Program-made: the position numbers and the translations under genes
The notes under the pieces: generated by a model
Seen by the model: the letters and a program-made list of their open reading frames with translations, nothing else
What the model was told of the DNA's origin: nothing
The model's database searches: none
Assembly: GCA_963518365.1 (NCBI GenBank)
Contig: CAUQKD010000001.1
Location: 1 to 40,379 of the forward strand
Direction of reading: 5' to 3'
DNA: 40,379 nt
From: an uncultured Lachnoanaerobaculum sp.
GTDB lineage: Bacteria > Bacillota > Clostridia > Lachnospirales > Lachnospiraceae
In this document: one piece after another, positions 9,459 to 18,884 of the stretch
Numbering within the stretch: position 1 is the first letter of the stretch
Layout: every line of letters starts with the position of its first letter

Positions 9459-10046
9459 ATGGCAGGTTTTATTTTTGAAAGAATTGAAAAAAATACTTAC
9501 TGAACAGGGACCGGTATACAAAGCTTATGTTTATATTAAATGAATATATGGAGCAGGATGAGTACGGTAAGCATACCATATCAAATATATATTTTGATAC
9601 TGATGATTATCAACTGATAAGAGCATCTTTGGATAAGCCCATATATAAAGAAAAATTGAGACTGCGAGCATACGGGGTGCCGAAAGATAATTCTAACAGC
9701 TTTATAGAGATAAAGAAAAAATTTAAAGGAGTAGTCTATAAGAGGAGAATAGAGGCAAAACTTTGCAAGGCAAAAGATTATCTCTACAATAATATATCCG
9801 ATAAGAGCCTTGAAGAACAGAGGTTTTGACAGAAGGCTTCTGGATGAGAAGTTAAAACTTATGGAAATTAAGGTAAACGGAGCAATGCCGATGTGGATGA
9901 GTAAAGCTCTTTCAGATATAGGGATTTTTCCTACTTCTTACTCAAAATACGGAGAGTATTATAAGCAGATATATGCCAAGAGGTGTAGAAACAGTGAGGT
10001 TAAGATATGTTATCTAATATTTTTGAATCAATTACAAGTAATATAA
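9459..10046 (+). pseudogene. VTC (polyphosphate polymerase) domain gene, frameshifted and internally deleted
   Basis: MAGFIFERIE(KKY) start broken at an A7 run (9487-9493); ISNIYFDT, KEKLRLRAYG and FIEIKKKFKGVVYKRR in 9527-9829; LMEIK...SYSKYG in another frame; central YxR/RITFD segment absent. Confidence 0.85.
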
Positions 10047-10687
10047 GTTCAAGTGTGAGTACTGAGGAATTTTTAATATGTGCGGCGGCTGCAATAGCGT
10101 CAGGCATTCTGGTGGCGGGATTCCACAGCTTTAAAGCAAAGTCAAGTATATCATTTTTAATGACTTTGGTAGTACTGCCGATGATAGTTCAAACTGTTAT
10201 AATGATTGTAAACGGTAATCTTGGAGCAGGCGTTGCGGTCGCAGGAGCATTCTCATTGGTAAGATTCAGATCTATGCCGGGAAGCTCCAAGGAGATAATG
10301 TCGGTATTTTTAAGCATGGCGGCAGAGCTTGCAATAGGTATGGGATATATAACGATAGCCATTGCACTTATAATAGTTGTAGGAATTATACTTGTCATAA
10401 TGTGTATGATAAATGAGAGCTTCGGAATAAGAAGAGAGTTAAAGATTTCTATACCGGAGAGCTTAGATTATGATGATGTGTTTACGAATATTTTCAAAAA
10501 GTATTTGTCAAAAACGGAGTTTGTAAGAGTAAAAACAACAGGTATGGGGAGCTTATTTGAACTTGTATATGAGATTGTTGAAAAAGATGTAAAGAACGAA
10601 AAGAAGATGATCGACGAGTTGAGGACAAGAAACGGAAATCTTCCTATAGTTTGTCAGAGAATTGAAGAGGTTGCAAACGGATTATAA
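10007..10687 (+). CDS. DUF4956 membrane protein (usual VTC-gene partner)
   Basis: VNGNLGAGVAVAGAFSLVRFRS; IPESLDY; ELRTRNGNL. Confidence 0.88.
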   Translation: MLSNIFESITSNISSSVSTEEFLICAAAAIASGILVAGFHSFKAKSSISFLMTLVVLPMIVQTVIMIVNGNLGAGVAVAGAFSLVRFRSMPGSSKEIMSVFLSMAAELAIGMGYITIAIALIIVVGIILVIMCMINESFGIRRELKISIPESLDYDDVFTNIFKKYLSKTEFVRVKTTGMGSLFELVYEIVEKDVKNEKKMIDELRTRNGNLPIVCQRIEEVANGL

Positions 10688-10704
10688 GTCTATAAAAACC
10701 ACTA

Positions 10705-10728
10705 GGGGCATTGAATAATCAATGCCCC
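10705..10728. terminator. Hairpin between convergent genes
   Basis: GGGGCATTGA-ataa-TCAATGCCCC perfect 10-bp stem. Confidence 0.7.
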
Positions 10729-10742
10729 ACTTTATAGTTATC

Positions 10743-11090
10743 CTACTGTATTTTGGTCATTTTACCGGTGCTATCGACATAATAATTGTCAATCCACTGG
10801 TCTTGAGCCAATGTTCCGTCGTTATTGAGGTAATACCAAGAACCCGATGACTTGATCCAACCGGTCTTCATGATGCCGTTTTTGTCAACATAGTAAGTCT
10901 GATCATTGTAGCTTATAAAGCCTGAAGCAGGATTGCCTGAACCGTCAACAACTTTCCACTCACTGCCTGTCTTACTCCATTTGTAGGAGTTCGCATCTGT
11001 AATCTTCATGGCAGCATGGCCGGGTATAGCAACAGTCATGGAAATAGTGGCAGTAAGTAATAGCATAGACATAAACTTTTTAATAAACAT
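10743..11090 (-). CDS. Small secreted protein made of cell-wall (choline-binding-type) repeats
   Basis: Signal peptide ending PGHA-A; repeats TYYVDKNGIMKTGW, WYYLNNDGTLAQDQW and YYVDSTGKM; GAGGT RBS favours ATG 11090. Confidence 0.85.
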   Translation of the reverse strand: MFIKKFMSMLLLTATISMTVAIPGHAAMKITDANSYKWSKTGSEWKVVDGSGNPASGFISYNDQTYYVDKNGIMKTGWIKSSGSWYYLNNDGTLAQDQWIDNYYVDSTGKMTKIQ

Positions 11091-11358
11091 AACTGACCTC
11101 ATTTTCCATCAAAAAATTCAAACTAAACTTATAGTCTGTAACTACATTATAACAATTTTTTTTTCCTTGAAAAGGGAATATATATAATGGTAAGAAACTG
11201 TAAGAAAAAAGAAAGAGATTTAAGGGGGATTTTTATTTGTGAACAGTTTTGTATTAATGTTTAAGGCCTTAAAAAACCAACAGATATCTATTAACTTGAC
11301 AGGTAGATAAATGTTATACTATAAAATATTTTAAAGACTAAATTTAAAGGATAAAAAT

Positions 11359-12045
11359 ATGACATTTAAAATATGTATGATTGAAGATGATTCCGATCTT
11401 GCAAATATTGTAAGGGAACATCTTATAAGATATGATTTTGAAGTTTTTATTTGTGAAGATTTTAAAAATATTGATAAGTTTATTGAAAAGCACAGCCCTA
11501 ATTTAATCCTGCTTGATATCAATATCCCATACTATGACGGTTTTTACTGGTGTAGCGAAATCAGAAAAGTGACCAAGGTTCCCATCATATTTATGTCTGC
11601 AAGAACCGAGGATTATGATCAGGTCAGGGCAATTATGAGCGGAGGTGATGACTATGTCACAAAACCGTTCTCCTATGAACTTTTACTTGCAAAAATCAAT
11701 TCTCAACTCAGAAGAGCCTATGGCGAATACTCCGCAGGAGAATCGGCGCTTGAGCTTGGCGACTGCTCCTTTAATAAGCTACGCTTTACACTAAAATGCA
11801 GAGATAATCAGATTGATCTTGCAAAAAATGAGGCAATATTAATAGGTATCTTATTTGAAAGCTATCCAAATGTGGTAAGTCGTGAAAAAATACTTTCTGA
11901 AATCTGGGACAGTGATATGTTTGTAGAAGAAAACACCTTGAATGTAACTGTCAGCAGGGTAAGAAAGAAGCTTAAGGATTTGGAATCCGAACTACAGGTA
12001 ATAACCGTAAGGGGTATGGGCTATAAGGTGGAATATGAAAAATAA
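11359..12045 (+). CDS. OmpR-family response regulator, BceR/GraR-like
   Basis: IEDD, LLDINIPYYDGFYWC, GGDDYVTKPF, NTLNVTVSRVRKKL, TVRGMGY. Confidence 0.93.
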   Translation: MTFKICMIEDDSDLANIVREHLIRYDFEVFICEDFKNIDKFIEKHSPNLILLDINIPYYDGFYWCSEIRKVTKVPIIFMSARTEDYDQVRAIMSGGDDYVTKPFSYELLLAKINSQLRRAYGEYSAGESALELGDCSFNKLRFTLKCRDNQIDLAKNEAILIGILFESYPNVVSREKILSEIWDSDMFVEENTLNVTVSRVRKKLKDLESELQVITVRGMGYKVEYEK

Positions 12046-13024
12046 AGATAGTTTAAAATTATTTTTTTCAGATAATATTTTACTTTATTTGATTGTATTC
12101 CTGACACAATTATTTTTCTTTGGTATCTTATTTTTTATTAAGGGAATATGGTTTGATGAGATTTTTTATTTCGGATTCTTAGTATTTTTTATGCTGAGCT
12201 TGTTTATTTTAATCAGACTTTATAAAACAGGGAGGATATATGAAAAGTTCTTACTAAAAAGCCCTATTTTAAATGATTATCTGATTGAAGAGCCAAGAAG
12301 TGAACTTGAAAAAAATTATAATCTGATGATTGAGGAAATAATAAAAAGTAGTAGCGATAAGGAAATAGCACAAAAGCAGGATAAAAGAATACAAAAAGTT
12401 ATGATATACAGATTTGTCCATCAGATGAAAACGCCTCTGTCAGTGTTGAAGCTTATTTGTGAAAATCACAGTGATGAGGATGATTATAAAAAGATAGTCA
12501 GAAATATAAATACTTTGGAATACAATCTGAATCAAATCCTTGATATCTACCGTTTGGATCAATTTAAAAATGATTTTGTATCCGAAAAAGTAGCTCTTAA
12601 GAGTATTTGCAAGGAATGTATCAATAGCTTAAAGGATTATTTTATAACATCTCAGATATATCCGAGGCTTGATATAAATGATGATATCTATGTGTATTCG
12701 GACTCCAAATGGTTGAAATTAGTTATTCACCAGCTCCTCACCAATGCGGTAAAATACAGTAATATCGGTCAAACAGTAAATGTAAGTGCGCAGAAAAATG
12801 GAGATAAAGTTTACCTCTCTATCATTGACCATGGTATAGGAATAGAGTCTGCTGATTTGAAAAATATTTTTGAACTGTTTTATATAGGGAAAAACGGAAG
12901 AAATAATGCCGATTCCAGCGGAATAGGACTTTATATAGTTAAAAAGGTCAGTGAATATCTGGGACATAAAATAGAGGTGAACTCGAATATAAATGACGGC
13001 ACAACAATGACCATTATTTTTTAA
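12035..13024 (+). CDS. Intramembrane-sensing histidine kinase, BceS/GraS-like
   Basis: Two N-terminal TM helices with a short loop; H-box FVHQMKTPL; NAVKYS, DHGIGI, SGIGLY. Confidence 0.93.
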   Translation: MKNKDSLKLFFSDNILLYLIVFLTQLFFFGILFFIKGIWFDEIFYFGFLVFFMLSLFILIRLYKTGRIYEKFLLKSPILNDYLIEEPRSELEKNYNLMIEEIIKSSSDKEIAQKQDKRIQKVMIYRFVHQMKTPLSVLKLICENHSDEDDYKKIVRNINTLEYNLNQILDIYRLDQFKNDFVSEKVALKSICKECINSLKDYFITSQIYPRLDINDDIYVYSDSKWLKLVIHQLLTNAVKYSNIGQTVNVSAQKNGDKVYLSIIDHGIGIESADLKNIFELFYIGKNGRNNADSSGIGLYIVKKVSEYLGHKIEVNSNINDGTTMTIIF

Positions 13025-13046
13025 TAAAATCCATATACCGGTAATG

Positions 13047-13109
13047 TTACAAAAATGTAAGCTTTTGTAATGTTACCGGATTTTTGTTTTATATTGCATC
13101 TGCTAAAAT
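13047..13109 (+). promoter_or_regulatory. BceR-type operator and promoter of the ABC transporter
   Basis: TTACA-AAAA-TGTAA palindrome at 13047-13060, extra TGTAA at 13066-13070, TG-c-TAAAAT at 13101-13109. Confidence 0.75.
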
Positions 13110-13191
13110 CATGGCATAGATTAAAATATTTAATTTAAAAGGACCTTGGAGAGGGTTATTAAAACTACTACTAAAATTTTTGGAGTAAAAT

Positions 13192-13947
13192 ATGATATTA
13201 AAGGTTTCAAATCTTGAAAAAATATATAAGGGAAAGATATCATTCAAAGCCCTGGAGAATATAAATATGGAAGTTTCCAAAGGCGAGTTTGTTGCTATAA
13301 TGGGCCCCAGCGGAAGCGGAAAAAGTACTTTTTTAAATACTATATCCACTATTGATAAACCCACTTCAGGTTCGGTTTTAATTGCGGGTAAAAATCCCTA
13401 TGAAATGAATTCCAAACAGCTTTCAACATTCAGGAGAAAAGAATTGGGATTTGTATTTCAGCAGTTTAATTTAATAAATACCTTAACAGTCGGAGAAAAT
13501 ATAATACTTCCTCTTACACTTGATAAGGCTGATATTAAAACAATGAAAACAAAACTTGAAGAAATCAGTGAACTTCTCGGTATTTCCCATTTACTTCATA
13601 AAAGAACCTATGAAATATCAGGTGGACAGGCTCAAAGAGTGGCTATAGCAAGGGCTGTAATAAATGAACCTTCAATACTGCTTGCAGACGAACCGACCGG
13701 TAATTTGGACTCAAAGTCGGCAAAGGATGTGATGAAGCTTTTTAAAAAACTTAATGAATCCATGAATGTAACCGTTATTATGGTTACCCATGATCCCAAT
13801 ATCGCATCATATTCAGATAAAACCTATATCATAAAAGACGGCAATATTTATCAGGAGATCATTAACAGAAATGATGATAAAAACTATAAAAGAGAAATAC
13901 TGAACACTATGAGTTTGCTTGGAGGTGATGAAATTGACATTATTTAA
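13192..13947 (+). CDS. ABC transporter ATPase, BceA-like
   Basis: GPSGSGKS, ISGGQAQR, LLADEPTGNLD, MVTHD. Confidence 0.95.
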   Translation: MILKVSNLEKIYKGKISFKALENINMEVSKGEFVAIMGPSGSGKSTFLNTISTIDKPTSGSVLIAGKNPYEMNSKQLSTFRRKELGFVFQQFNLINTLTVGENIILPLTLDKADIKTMKTKLEEISELLGISHLLHKRTYEISGGQAQRVAIARAVINEPSILLADEPTGNLDSKSAKDVMKLFKKLNESMNVTVIMVTHDPNIASYSDKTYIIKDGNIYQEIINRNDDKNYKREILNTMSLLGGDEIDII

Positions 13948-15826
13948 TTTTGCATATAATAATATAAAAAGAGATTTTAAAACTTATTTATATCATTTTT
14001 TAAGCTGTGTATTCTCTGTTTTTATCTTCTTTTTATTTTCAAACCTTGCCATGCATCCGGCATTAAAAATAGTAGATTCCGGAAGCACTATAGGCATTAT
14101 ATTATTTATGGCAAGTATAATATCCATGCTTTTTTCCTTTGTACTGATTTTATATTCCGTGGGCAATTTTTTAAAAAACAGAAGTAAACAATTTGCAATA
14201 CTGAATATTATAGGTGCAAGTAACTGGCAGTTTAATACACTGATTTTTTTTGAAAATATAATAATTTCAATATTTGCACTGCTTATCGGAATAATAATGG
14301 GATTGGTTTTTTCAAAAATATTTTTAATGATTGCACAATCACTGATAGACGGATTAAATTTATACTTTTATTTTCCTCTTACTCCGCTGATACTCACTGT
14401 TTTTTTAATGGGCGGATTGTTTTTACTTATATCATTGATTGCTCCTGTGATTTTAAGAAAGAAAAAAATAATAGACCTCTTAAAAAAAGAAGAACTGGCT
14501 GAAAAAAATCATTTTCTGCTTTCACTTATAGCTGTTATTATTATATTGCCCATTACAATTTATTTACATATACAAAAGAATTTTTCCGGCTTTATCTATA
14601 TATTTGAAATACTTGCCGGTATAAGTTTTTCATACTTTATTTATAATCTGATTTTTAATATCTATAATTTTTTTATGGAAAAAAGCGGGCGTATTTATAT
14701 AAAAAATAATTTGATAAAATTAAGTAATTTTAAGTATAAAATAAATACAAATATAAAGACCATGGCAGCCTCTATGATATTATTTTCTATAATACTGACC
14801 TCCTTTGTATATATAGTGGGTGCACCGCTTAGTATATCAAAAGATACTCAAAAGATAATGCCCTATTCATATATGTATGCAAACTGGGAAGATGAGGAAA
14901 AGGGTGCAAAAAAGGCTGAGCTGATATCAGAGGAGCTTAAATCCATAGCCGGCTTTAAAGAACTTACAATATCCTATGCCAAGCTTAAAAACAAGACAAG
15001 AACGGTAAGACATATTATTTTATCCAATACTATGTATAATGAAGTAGCTGATTTCTTAAACAGAGAAAAGATAAATCTCTCAGATAATGAATATTTCCTT
15101 ATAGGCGTGGATGGCAAAAAAAATCCTGTTTTATCCGATACGATAAAGGATTTGATTTCGGACTATGGCATCACTAATGAAGCAGGATTTGACAAAAAAA
15201 TAATTTCAAAATCCGGCTATTTTACAAGTGTTACAGTTGTTTCCGATAAAAACTATGAGTCATTATCACAGGTTTTGGTAAAAGACAGAATATATGCTTT
15301 TACACAGAGCGATTTAACAAATGGAAGTATTAAAGATTTGGAGGCTATAAAAAATCTTATAGGATTTGAAGACGGGAAAGAAAGCCTAATGTCTTACAGT
15401 CTTTATTATGATATTGAAAACCTTACAAGAAGGCTGGTTTCCTATGTGGGAAGTATACTATGTATATCGTTTTTAATAGGAATAGCAAGTATTATCTACT
15501 CAAGACTTTACTCCTTTGTGGATGAAGAAAGTAAAAAATACAGTATTATGATAAAAATAGGACTTAGCAAAGCCGAGTTAAAAGATATACTTGCAAGTAC
15601 ATTGAGATGGCTTTTTGTTCTTCCCTTTATGACTGCGCTTGTTATATCATGGATAATTATAGGTATTATAAATCAATTGACATTAACCTCCTATACAGGT
15701 CTGGCTGTAATTTGCAGTTTTATATATCTGCTTACGGAATTGATTTTATATATAATTATAAAAAGAAAATATCAAAAAAAAATTTTTGATAATATTTATT
15801 CCGATTATTCACGACACAATATGTGA
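13934..15826 (+). CDS. FtsX-type ABC permease, BceB-like
   Basis: ~630 aa; about 7 TM, a ~200-aa extracellular domain, then 3 TM; TTG start 7 nt after GGAGGT giving MTLFNFAYNNIKR. Confidence 0.9.
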   Translation: MTLFNFAYNNIKRDFKTYLYHFLSCVFSVFIFFLFSNLAMHPALKIVDSGSTIGIILFMASIISMLFSFVLILYSVGNFLKNRSKQFAILNIIGASNWQFNTLIFFENIIISIFALLIGIIMGLVFSKIFLMIAQSLIDGLNLYFYFPLTPLILTVFLMGGLFLLISLIAPVILRKKKIIDLLKKEELAEKNHFLLSLIAVIIILPITIYLHIQKNFSGFIYIFEILAGISFSYFIYNLIFNIYNFFMEKSGRIYIKNNLIKLSNFKYKINTNIKTMAASMILFSIILTSFVYIVGAPLSISKDTQKIMPYSYMYANWEDEEKGAKKAELISEELKSIAGFKELTISYAKLKNKTRTVRHIILSNTMYNEVADFLNREKINLSDNEYFLIGVDGKKNPVLSDTIKDLISDYGITNEAGFDKKIISKSGYFTSVTVVSDKNYESLSQVLVKDRIYAFTQSDLTNGSIKDLEAIKNLIGFEDGKESLMSYSLYYDIENLTRRLVSYVGSILCISFLIGIASIIYSRLYSFVDEESKKYSIMIKIGLSKAELKDILASTLRWLFVLPFMTALVISWIIIGIINQLTLTSYTGLAVICSFIYLLTELILYIIIKRKYQKKIFDNIYSDYSRHNM

Positions 15827-15993
15827 ATTAAAACTGTGCTGACTGAATCAATCATAATAAAATCAAAAGACTTTGTTAAAAGCTATAATACTTATAAATC
15901 TTATGGTATAATCGAATTGATATTTTATAAATATTTTGGTCGTGATTTTGACTTGATATAAAATTTAAGTACTTAGAATTCAGGGAGAATACT

Positions 15994-17928
15994 ATGAAAA
16001 TCAAATTGAGCAATTATATTGCTAAAAGACTTGTAGAACTTGGTATAAGCCATGGTTTCAGCGTGACCGGCGGAGGTGCAATGCATTTGAATAACGGACT
16101 CGGTCACCAAGCCGGGCTTACAATGACTTATAATCACCACGAGCAGGCGTGTGCAATGGCGGCGGAAGCCTATGCCAGAATCAACAATCAAATCGCGGTG
16201 GTCTGTGTGACTACAGGACCCGGAGGAACAAATGCAATCACCGGAGTACTTGGAGGATGGCTTGATTCCATACCGATGTTCATACTCTCAGGACAGGTCA
16301 GATATGACTGGACTGCCAGATATTCGAATGTAGGTATCAGAGCTATGGGAGATCAGGAGTTTGATATCTGCAAATCTATAGAATGTATGACTAAGTACAG
16401 TGAAATGGTTATAGAACCTATGAGAATCAGATACCTTATAGAAAAATGTATGTACCTTGCTATGAACGGCAGACCGGGACCTGTATGGCTGGATATTCCA
16501 TTGGATGTTCAAGGCGCATATATTGAAGAGGATGAACTTATAGGTTTTGATAAAGAAAATTATGAGGCGGGTAAAGACGGCTGGGCGGTAGACTCGCCGT
16601 ATAAGACTGATATAGATGAAAGAACAAAGCTTGATTTGGCAAATATACCTGAAGCTGTGCCGGATGAAGTGTTAAAAGAAATAATCGAAAAGATTAAAAG
16701 TACAAAAAGACCTGTATTTAACGCAGGTAACGGTATCAGAATAGGAAATGCACATAAGGAGTTTTTGGAACTTATAGATATTTTAAATATTCCTGTGGTG
16801 GTAGGCTGGAACTCGGAGGACTGCCTATGGGTAGAGCATCCGCTGTATGCAGGCAGACCGGGAAATTTCGGAGACAGACCCGGAAACTTCACAGTGCAAA
16901 ACTCCGACCTTGTACTATCGGTAGGTTCAAGACTCAGCCTCAGGCAGGTGGGATTTAACTGTAAGGGATGGGCAAGAGAAGCCTTTACAATAGTAAATGA
17001 TATAGACAAGGAAGAGTTGAAAAAGCCCACAGTACATATAGACATTCCTGTCCATGCGGATTGTAAGGTATTCATGAGACAGCTTATCAATCTTTTAAAG
17101 ACAGAAAAGACTCCTGTATTCGAAGGAGGAAAAGGCCTTTTTGATATGAGCTGGAATGAGACTGTTAAGTATTGGCTGAAAAAATATCCTGTATGCAGAC
17201 CTGAATTCCTTGAAAATGACGACAACAAAAAAGCCAATGTATACGCATTTATAAAAGATATCGGTGACAGTGCGAAAGAAAATCAAATCACGGTTGTAGG
17301 TAACGGTTCCGCCTGTGTGGTAGGAGGACATTCCTATATCATCAAAAAAGGTCAGAGATTTATATCAAACTCCGCAGTTGCATCTATGGGATATGATTTA
17401 CCTGCCGCAATAGGTGCGTATATGGCAAACCTTGACGGTAAGGCATACGAAAAGGAGTTGATACTTATCACAGGTGACGGAAGTATACAGATGAATCTTC
17501 AGGAGCTTCAGACCATAGTTCACCACAAGATGGACATAAAGATATTCCTTATAAACAATGACGGATACCACAGTATAAGACAGACACAGTCAAAGTACTT
17601 TGAAGATGAACCTCTTGTAGGTATCGGACCTGACAGCGGTGACCTTTCATTCCCGGATATGTGTAAGCTTGCAGGTGCGTACGGAATTACATATTTTTGT
17701 GCAAAGACCAACAGCGAGCTTGAAGATGCGGTATCAAAGACTTTTGAGGCCGCCGGTCCTGTTATATGCGAGGCGTTTGTGACAAAGGAGCAAAACTTTG
17801 AGCCTAAGTCATCAGGAAAGCAACTTGCAGACGGTAGAATGGTAAGTCCTCCTCTTGAGGATTTGACTCCTTTCCTGTCAGATGAGGAGATGGAAGAGAA
17901 TATGATAATACCGAGGATTGTTGAATAA
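15994..17928 (+). CDS. ThDP-dependent enzyme, acetolactate-synthase-like (YerE-like, glycan-locus type)
   Basis: HHEQACAMAAEAYAR, TTGPGGTN, GRPGPVWLDIPLD, GDGS...NN ThDP motif; no ilvN/ilvC nearby. Confidence 0.88.
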   Translation: MKIKLSNYIAKRLVELGISHGFSVTGGGAMHLNNGLGHQAGLTMTYNHHEQACAMAAEAYARINNQIAVVCVTTGPGGTNAITGVLGGWLDSIPMFILSGQVRYDWTARYSNVGIRAMGDQEFDICKSIECMTKYSEMVIEPMRIRYLIEKCMYLAMNGRPGPVWLDIPLDVQGAYIEEDELIGFDKENYEAGKDGWAVDSPYKTDIDERTKLDLANIPEAVPDEVLKEIIEKIKSTKRPVFNAGNGIRIGNAHKEFLELIDILNIPVVVGWNSEDCLWVEHPLYAGRPGNFGDRPGNFTVQNSDLVLSVGSRLSLRQVGFNCKGWAREAFTIVNDIDKEELKKPTVHIDIPVHADCKVFMRQLINLLKTEKTPVFEGGKGLFDMSWNETVKYWLKKYPVCRPEFLENDDNKKANVYAFIKDIGDSAKENQITVVGNGSACVVGGHSYIIKKGQRFISNSAVASMGYDLPAAIGAYMANLDGKAYEKELILITGDGSIQMNLQELQTIVHHKMDIKIFLINNDGYHSIRQTQSKYFEDEPLVGIGPDSGDLSFPDMCKLAGAYGITYFCAKTNSELEDAVSKTFEAAGPVICEAFVTKEQNFEPKSSGKQLADGRMVSPPLEDLTPFLSDEEMEENMIIPRIVE

Positions 17929-18868
17929 TATGAGAATACTTATCACAGGGGCCGCATCATTCTTAGGCAGACATCTGGTGGAATACTTTCTCTCAAAGGA
18001 GGAAGAAGTGCTTGCTTTGGTCAGAGAAAATGCAAGAGGAGGGGATGAGCTTTTAAAGTATGAAGCAAATAATAAATTCAAACTTATAGTCCTTGATATG
18101 AAAGATATAGAAAGACTGGACACGGATTTTGACATATGTATACATCTGGCGTGGGGCGGCATAGGTAAAGAAGGCAGAATGGATGTAAATATCCAAAGAG
18201 AGAATATAAATGTCGCCATAAAGCTTATGAGGGTATGTAAGGAGAGAGGTGCAAAAAGATTTCTGTTTGCAGGTTCACAGGCGGAATACGGACAGACACT
18301 TGCAGATATTGAATCAAAGTACGGCAATGACTTTGATATAAACGCCATACCAAGGCAAAGTGAAGATGCACCTACAAACCCTAAGTCCGAATACGGCAAA
18401 GCCAAATTGGAACTTAAGAGTAAACTCAAAAATCTTGGAGACAGCCTTGGAATAGAGTATGTACATATGCGTATCTTTTCAGTGTTTGGAAGCGGTGACC
18501 ATGAGACATCGCTCATATCCACCTGTATAAGGAATTTTAAAGAGAATAAAGATGTACATATAGGAGAGTGTATACAGTCTTGGAATTATATATATATTAA
18601 AGACCTATGTGAAGCGATATCTCTGCTTTCAAAAAAAGACTTACAAGGTGAGTTTGTATTCAACGTGGCGGGAAAGACAAACAGGATACTTATGGACTAT
18701 GTAAAAGAGATAAAGAGAGTGTTGAACAGCAGCAGCGGTATAGTCGTAGAGAAAAAGGAAGCTGCAAGTGAGGGGCTGCCTTTTCTAAATCCAAACATTG
18801 AACGTCTAAGTAGAATAGGCTTTGTTGAAAGCTACGGATTTGAAAAGGGAATAAAAGATTGTATATAA
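17918..18868 (+). CDS. NAD-dependent epimerase/dehydratase/reductase (extended SDR)
   Basis: ILITGAASFLG, HLAWGG, GSQAEYG, YGKAK (YxxxK); exact start uncertain (17918-17930). Confidence 0.9.
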   Translation: MLNNMRILITGAASFLGRHLVEYFLSKEEEVLALVRENARGGDELLKYEANNKFKLIVLDMKDIERLDTDFDICIHLAWGGIGKEGRMDVNIQRENINVAIKLMRVCKERGAKRFLFAGSQAEYGQTLADIESKYGNDFDINAIPRQSEDAPTNPKSEYGKAKLELKSKLKNLGDSLGIEYVHMRIFSVFGSGDHETSLISTCIRNFKENKDVHIGECIQSWNYIYIKDLCEAISLLSKKDLQGEFVFNVAGKTNRILMDYVKEIKRVLNSSSGIVVEKKEAASEGLPFLNPNIERLSRIGFVESYGFEKGIKDCI

Positions 18869-18884
18869 GGTTTAGGAGACGGAT

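Noticed and set aside
9487..9493. A7 tract as a phase-variation switch
   Set aside because: The tract is short and a second downstream lesion would leave the gene inactive anyway
11189..11204. GGTAAG-AAAC-TGTAAG direct repeat between divergent genes
   Set aside because: Two short units in AT-rich DNA; cannot be assigned to a regulator or told from chance
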